Assembly (NCBI RefSeq): GCF_037042905.1
Contig: NC_087250.1
Coordinates: 19,284,001 to 19,348,000 of the forward strand
From: Lytechinus pictus
Taxonomy: Eukaryota
DNA: 64,000 bases
Reading direction: 5' to 3'
Part shown: in pieces, positions 60,929 through 64,000 of the stretch
Numbering within the stretch: the stretch's first letter is position 1
Layout of the letters: each line of letters starts with the position of its first letter
The notes under the pieces: model-generated
Told to the model about the DNA's origin: nothing
Seen by the model: the letters and a program-made list of their open reading frames with translations, nothing else
The model's database searches: none
Made by a program: the position numbers and the translations under genes

Positions 60929-63900
60929 CGCCATTAATTGTGTGTTGCTTATTTTATGTTATAAAGTCAAAAAAGGGGCCTAAGCTTTCGATCCTAGCAG
61001 AATCTTCGTCGGAGGCAAAATGACAAACATATAAAGTGGAACAACCATAATATAGACCACAAACAAGCTACAGCAACACTAGAAACAAGGAGACAAAAGG
61101 GGCATTAGTGAGTAGAGAAGACCAATCAGGTTAGTGAAGGGGATGAAAGAAAAGGAGTAGGCAGACACAAAGGGAAGTTAGTGTAAGTAAGGCCAAGAGG
61201 GATTAAGATAATGAGGCAGGCAACATCAAACAGGATCTGGAACAAAACAGTGATAGAGGGATGAATAACTAGAGAATTAGTGAGAGGTGGGTCAAACAGG
61301 TTACAAAGAAAGGCTTAATAAACTGGTGCATAAGAGTGGGGGGGAAAAAGAAGAAAAAGAATGGGGAACAACTGACAATGTGCAAAAGACATATAAGTAT
61401 ATATGATAAAGCATTAAACAAACTAAGAGAAGAAGGTAAGTGTAAATATGTATCTATAAGTGATATGTATATAAATATATCCAAAAAAGAAATGTATATG
61501 AAAAAATATATAAATATATACACATATGGTGTAACTGATATGGTAATCCGCTAGGTGTGACGGGAAAAAACATAAGACTATATAGTAGGAAAGAAGAAAA
61601 AAATCTGTATATGTGAAAAAGAGGAAGCAAATTGCCTAAAAAGGTAAAAGCAAATATAGAAGAGAGGGGGTGTATTATGAAGAAACCATAGTATACATGT
61701 AAATAAGCAAATGTGGTAAATCTAAAAGAGGTGAGTGGAGAAAAAACAAATATATATATATATATATATATAATAATTATTATATCGCCTGAATAAGGAA
61801 GGAAAAATTGGAGCTGAGCTTGTATGAGATATGGGAGGAAAGTAGAGTAAGAAACTATAATGTAACTATTCAAAAGATCTGAGGGGAAAAATTATATGTA
61901 TATATAAATTGAAAGTGGATAGGAAAGAAAAATCAGTCGTTCCCCTCTTGGATGTTCAGGCCATGAGGTTGGGTGGTGCGAAGTCGTCTCATCCAGAGCT
62001 TCTCCCTGCTAGTACGGACTGAGTCAGGACGGGTACCTAAAGATTCGATGCCCTGTAGCATCATGTCAGTGATGGAGTGGTTGGGGAGGTTAAAATGGCG
62101 GCCAACTGGAGTGTCCAGCTTTGCTGTGTTGACGGTGGATCTGTGCCCGTAGAATCGTTTCTTGAGTGTGGTCTTGGTTTCCCCTATGTATTGTACCCTA
62201 CAAACTCTGCAAGTGATGAGATATACAACATTAGTGGTAGTGCATGATGTTGCCCTTGATTTGGTGAGACAGGCTGGTAGAGTTGCTGGTGAAAGTATCG
62301 CCCTCGTGAAGGTGTATTTCACATATGATGCACCTGTTGCTGGTGCATTTGAAGGTGCCATGCTGTATGGGAGAAGAATGGTTGGTGAGGGAGGGCACTT
62401 CAGCACGAACAATGAGGTCCCTGAGATTCGGTGGGCGTCGGTATGCTAGAAGGGGAGTATCGGGAACGGCCTGTTGGAGACGATCAGAAGTGTGTAAAAT
62501 GTGGTGGTTATCAAACAGGATTTTGCGGAGAGGGGGTAGATTGGGATGGAAGGTGGTCACAAGCGGTATTCTGTCGGTGGTCTCCTTGTCACTTTTTGGT
62601 TTGAGAACTTCAGATCTGGGGAGAGAACGAACTTTGTTAATTGCCAGTTGGACTGCCCTGGCCCCGTGGCCCCTAGCACAGAGATATTTCTGCAGATTCC
62701 TGGCATGGAAGGAAAAATCAGGGTCCTCGGAGCAGATACGGCGAAGTCTGAGGGCTTGACTGTAAGCGATGCCGGTTTTGCAGTGACGGGGGTGGCAGCT
62801 GGATGAGTGGAGGTACTGGTGGGTATCTGTGGGTTTAGAGTATAGGGTAGTGGTGATACCATTAGACTTTTTCTGGACTGTAACATCAAGGAAGTGGGTT
62901 TCCTGTTGGGAGAAATCAGAAGTGAATTGGATGGTCCTGTGGAAGGAATTGATGTGGTCAATGAATGTATGGAGGCTGTCTTCATCCCTGGTCCAGATGA
63001 AGAAAATGTCGTCTATGTAACGCCACCAAATCCATGGGCGACAGGGGGCTGAATCTAACATCTGCTGTTCCAGCTTCGTCATGAAGAGACAGGCGAATGA
63101 AGGAGCCATCCGGGTGCCCATTGCTGTACCGAATATCTGTAGGTAGTGCTTGCCCATGAATGTGAAGTTGTTTTTTGTTAGTACATGAGACATCAGAGAT
63201 TTGATATCGGATATGGGGGGACTGGAATGGCCACTGGCGGCCAAGCTAGGCTTCACATGATGCTTGGATACCTTCGTCGTGGGGAATGCTGGTGTACAGT
63301 GAAGAAACATCGAAAGTGCCGATGATCGCAGTCTCGGGTATCTGGTCCTTGATGTCATTTAGTTTCCTGAGAAAGTCTGGAGTGTCGTGGATGTAAGAGG
63401 GTGCACGTGAGACAAGGGGCTTAATGTGGTAATCAACAAAAAGGGAGATGTTCTCTGTTGAGGAACCATTTCCTGAGAGGATGGGTCGACCGGGGTTGCC
63501 AGGTTTGTGGATCTTCGGGAGGAGATAGAAGCGGGCAGGTTTAGCATTAGTAGGGGAGAGAAATTTGTGGGCCTTCTCAGAGAGATACTCGCGTTCTTTC
63601 ATGTCATTCAGTGTCGATTGGATCTGTAGGGAGAAATTACAAGTAGGGTCAGAATCGAGGAGTGCATAGTGAGATCGATTATTGAGATGTTTCATGGCTT
63701 CATCGATGTACTGCTGGCGGTCCATAACAACGACGGCTGATCCTTTGTCTGCAGGCTTGATGATGACGTCGGACCTGTTTTTGAGTGATGAGAGAGCCTG
63801 GCGTTCTTCTCGAGGAAGGTTGTCATGTGCTCTGGTGTCGAGGGTATCTGTGGAGCGAACTTGGGATGAGACAGCTTGGATGTAAGTTTCAAGGGAAGGA

Positions 63901-64000
63901 ACTCTATTCTTAGGTGGAATCCATGTGCTTTTCTTGTAGAAGGGCTCGGGATCAGAAGGGGGTGCATCTAAAAAGAACTCTTTGAGACGTATCCTGCGAT
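60929..64000 (-). mobile_element. Penelope-like retroelement (Neptune type): RT + GIY-YIG endonuclease, two frameshifts, runs off the window
   Basis: IKPADKGSAVV, FYLLPKIHK, FDVSSLYT, GTAMGT, WRYIDDIF; Cys linker CTSNRCIIC; NVVYLITC..C..QYIGET; HGLN. Lesions: 4-bp insertion at ~63246 and a frameshift at ~62245. Confidence 0.93.
60978..61016 (-). ncRNA. Minimal type I hammerhead ribozyme in the PLE 3' terminal region
   Basis: GCCU-CCGACGA-A-GAUUCU(GCU)AGGAUC-GAAA-GC-UU-AGGC: stem I GCCU/AGGC, 6-bp stem II, GAAA box, vestigial palindromic stem III (AAGCUU); U4C core variant. Confidence 0.72.

Overview
This is AT-rich, repeat-dense animal genomic DNA with spliceosomal introns. The repeat families suggest a marine invertebrate, plausibly an echinoderm (inference). 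The window holds two head-to-tail, minus-strand copies of a large duplicated segment (about 5179-27704 and about 29998-60928). Each copy carries an intact three-coding-exon gene that I reconstructed by hand (546 aa and 553 aa). The protein has an ancestral PRDM9-type KRAB domain, a low-complexity linker, one isolated C2H2 finger, a spacer and a 10-finger C2H2 array. There is no PR/SET domain and no recognisable SSXRD, so it looks like a SET-less PRDM9-derived KRAB-zinc-finger gene outside vertebrates. The two arrays differ preferentially at DNA-contact residues, and decayed extra fingers lie downstream of the stop. Introns and flanks are filled with nested, often copy-specific transposons: an RTE LINE, Harbinger-, hAT-, MULE-, Tc1/pogo-, Kolobok-, Sola- and CMC-like non-autonomous elements, Helentron-associated repeats and a tRNA-derived SINE. 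The window ends in a Neptune-type Penelope-like retroelement with a minimal hammerhead ribozyme at its 3' end. All coordinates were read by eye; exon and TSD boundaries are checked to the base, repeat edges are approximate.
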